This document shows positions 62,120-64,000 of a stretch of DNA of 64,000 bases, in pieces (the stretch's first letter is position 1; each line of letters starts with the position of its first letter). Made by a program: the position numbers and the translations under genes. The stretch comes from an uncultured Nitrososphaerales archaeon (lineage in GTDB: Archaea > Thermoproteota > Nitrososphaeria > Nitrososphaerales > Nitrososphaeraceae). The notes below the pieces were generated by a model. That model was not told where the DNA came from and did no database searches. It was given only the letters and a program-made list of their open reading frames with translations. The stretch is taken from contig CAVPXM010000063.1 of NCBI GenBank assembly GCA_963709405.1, positions 128,001-192,000 on the forward strand. The letters are read 5' to 3'.

Positions 62120-63274
62120 TTAGGTCATATACTCCTTAGTTATGGAATAAGAGTCTTGCAAGGCTACGCCCAAATTGTTTGCATTTTTCATATAGTACGC
62201 TCCTTTGACGCTATTTGTGACTACAGAATCAGCATTTTCTTTGGTCACCAACGGCGTCAGGCATATGCAACAATCGCACATGAATTTAGCCCCGGTACTC
62301 TCCAGCTGATCAACTATCCCATTAGCTTTTGCTTGGTTACGAAGTTCTCTAGGACAAAATATAATACAAGGCTTGGTAAATTTCTTTCCTTCAGTATTCC
62401 TTGCAAGTAACTCCAGTTCGTCTAGGCCTAGCTGCGGGCTCCCATAGAGAACAATATCACCTTTTTCGGCAGTATTAAGCTCATCTCTAATCGAGTTAGC
62501 TTCACTCTTACCAAATGATATTGAATCTCCCATAGATTGCTTATTCAGAACAAACATTCCTATATCACCGGTTGTTCCTATTCCTGCCGATAGGGCTTTT
62601 GCCTCTCCTACAGTTTTAATATTTACCCCTTGAATGCCAACACTACTGCCCCTGATTTCTTTACCAGCAAAATACCCTAGTAGTCCAAAATCTAATTCTG
62701 TCTTCATATCGAATGAAGATCTGATTATATGCTTCGGTATTCTTGGCTCCTTAATCCTTAGTTCCGATAGCGGTGCTTTCCCGGTTATCGCACTAGCCAG
62801 GGCACTTAATGCACTCTCTTTGTTGGTCAATAATCCAGAGATAGAATTTACGAAAACCGCTGCATTGGTTTCAGCAAAGCTAACAATACTATCGTGTTTT
62901 GGAAGTTGATATACTTCATACGGGATACAAGTGTATGACTCAATCGCACCCATTTCCTTGTAAGACTCTACTATACTCATCTGCTTACTGACAAATTCTT
63001 GCGAGATGCCTGATGGCTTTTCTCGATCAAAACCCATTGGATTTATTGTCGTTCTGACCCTAACCTTAGCGTCGAGACTGAATTTCTCCAAAAACTTCCT
63101 CCCTGCTTCGCCGATCGTATTATAATTAACCCCAGAAACATGAGCCCATTGTACAGGGACCAGCTTGCTAGCGTCTGTAGCTTCGCCAACCGCAGCTAGT
63201 ATTCTATATGCAGAAGAAAGTGCCTCACCCTCGGAACCATCAAGTAGTTTTTCTTCCTCCCTGGTTAGATCCAT
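62120..63274 (-). CDS. Aconitase X catalytic subunit (DUF521), putative phosphomevalonate dehydratase large subunit
   Basis: MDLTREEE..L.G..G start at 63274; AHVSGVNY.TIG, TCIPY, TNKE, DCC, TNS.K.A.Y. Confidence 0.9.
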   Translation of the reverse strand: MDLTREEEKLLDGSEGEALSSAYRILAAVGEATDASKLVPVQWAHVSGVNYNTIGEAGRKFLEKFSLDAKVRVRTTINPMGFDREKPSGISQEFVSKQMSIVESYKEMGAIESYTCIPYEVYQLPKHDSIVSFAETNAAVFVNSISGLLTNKESALSALASAITGKAPLSELRIKEPRIPKHIIRSSFDMKTELDFGLLGYFAGKEIRGSSVGIQGVNIKTVGEAKALSAGIGTTGDIGMFVLNKQSMGDSISFGKSEANSIRDELNTAEKGDIVLYGSPQLGLDELELLARNTEGKKFTKPCIIFCPRELRNQAKANGIVDQLESTGAKFMCDCCICLTPLVTKENADSVVTNSVKGAYYMKNANNLGVALQDSYSITKEYMT

Positions 63275-63837
63275 AAAATAGGATTTGGAGAATCGATATA
63301 AGAATTGTTCATAGATAGCCAAGTTTAATATTACTTCTCAAATTCATCGATGATCAGTCATTTCATGATAGGAGACTTATGCCATACTATTTTGTTACAT
63401 GTTCAATACACAAATATGTTGTTCAGCCGTAGTATCACAGCTGAAATTTCCGCATTAAAAGTATACATTGAGATATAGTCAATTTGGTTTCTTCCATTAT
63501 TTATGCTTCATCAGCGATGGCACGAATACCTTGACGAATTAATGTTGCTCTGTCGAAAGAAGGTTTCATAAGAAAAAGTAGATATTCTGACCGGCTTTTC
63601 CTAACATCTCCGTGAAATATCATATAGTCAGTATATCTATAGGTAGTAAGTATCTCATTTTAACTTAGACTTAGCCCCGGATTCGTTTATGGAACAATTT
63701 ATCCAATGCGCCCAAAAAATACCGAAATTCCATTTCAACTATCGAATATCTCTTTGTTTACCTCAAGGATTGTATGTGATATCTTGTAATACCTGTCTTA
63801 GTACCCCTCTGGATTAGGAAGGCAGCAACAGAGCGGA

Positions 63838-64000
63838 TCACGTGGGTATTTTCTTGAGCTCAATAATCAAGTTCTCACCGACTTGCGGTCTACCAATCTT
63901 CAGATATCTCGTCTTAGGCATAGTTATCTGAATGGCGGTTTGAGCGTACGTGTTTATAACTGTCTGTGGTTGGGATTTAAGAATAGCCTCCAAAAAAGGT
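63838..64000 (-). CDS. 3' end of a CDS running off the window (possibly arcadin-1-like)
   Basis: 54 open codons, ...QTAIQITMPKTRYLKIGRPQVGENLIIELKKIPT*; absent from the ORF track because no start codon covers it. Confidence 0.55.
   Translation of the reverse strand, partial: PFLEAILKSQPQTVINTYAQTAIQITMPKTRYLKIGRPQVGENLIIELKKIPT

Noticed and set aside
1-64000. rRNA, CRISPR array, provirus, integrase or known defence system
   Set aside because: None recognisable in the window

Overview
This is a gene-dense archaeal chromosome segment, most consistent with a soil-type ammonia-oxidising archaeon (Nitrososphaerota, Nitrososphaerales-like). The assignment rests on priL/priS, rps24e/rps27ae, Pus10, SRP54, proteasome beta, Lsm, aconitase-X (phosphomevalonate dehydratase) genes, cbi genes, a bacterial-type metK, uvrBAC and BHB-intron tRNAs. 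Most of the window is housekeeping. There are three tRNAs: Ala-GGC, Arg-CCG with a non-canonical 29/30 intron, and Cys-GCA with a 37/38 intron. A decayed ~1 kb IS5-family element, invisible in the ORF track, retains TIR-like ends and an 8-bp target duplication. Eight single-base indels break seven genes, including essential argS and priS, and are most likely sequencing or assembly errors. Best candidates for undescribed biology: (i) a methyltransferase + UbiA-like + chorismate-lyase-like operon with a divergent atypical kinase; (ii) a nucleotidyltransferase-pseudokinase fusion coupled to a HExxH protein in the dph6-srp54-pus10 operon; (iii) a SufT/MIP18-PqqD fusion beside a TrmB-like methyltransferase; (iv) a wHTH-fused, truncated nucleotide-sugar dehydrogenase facing a full-length paralogue; (v) a stand-alone Mesh1/SpoT-like HD hydrolase. 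All family calls come from motif recognition by eye; no database searches were run.
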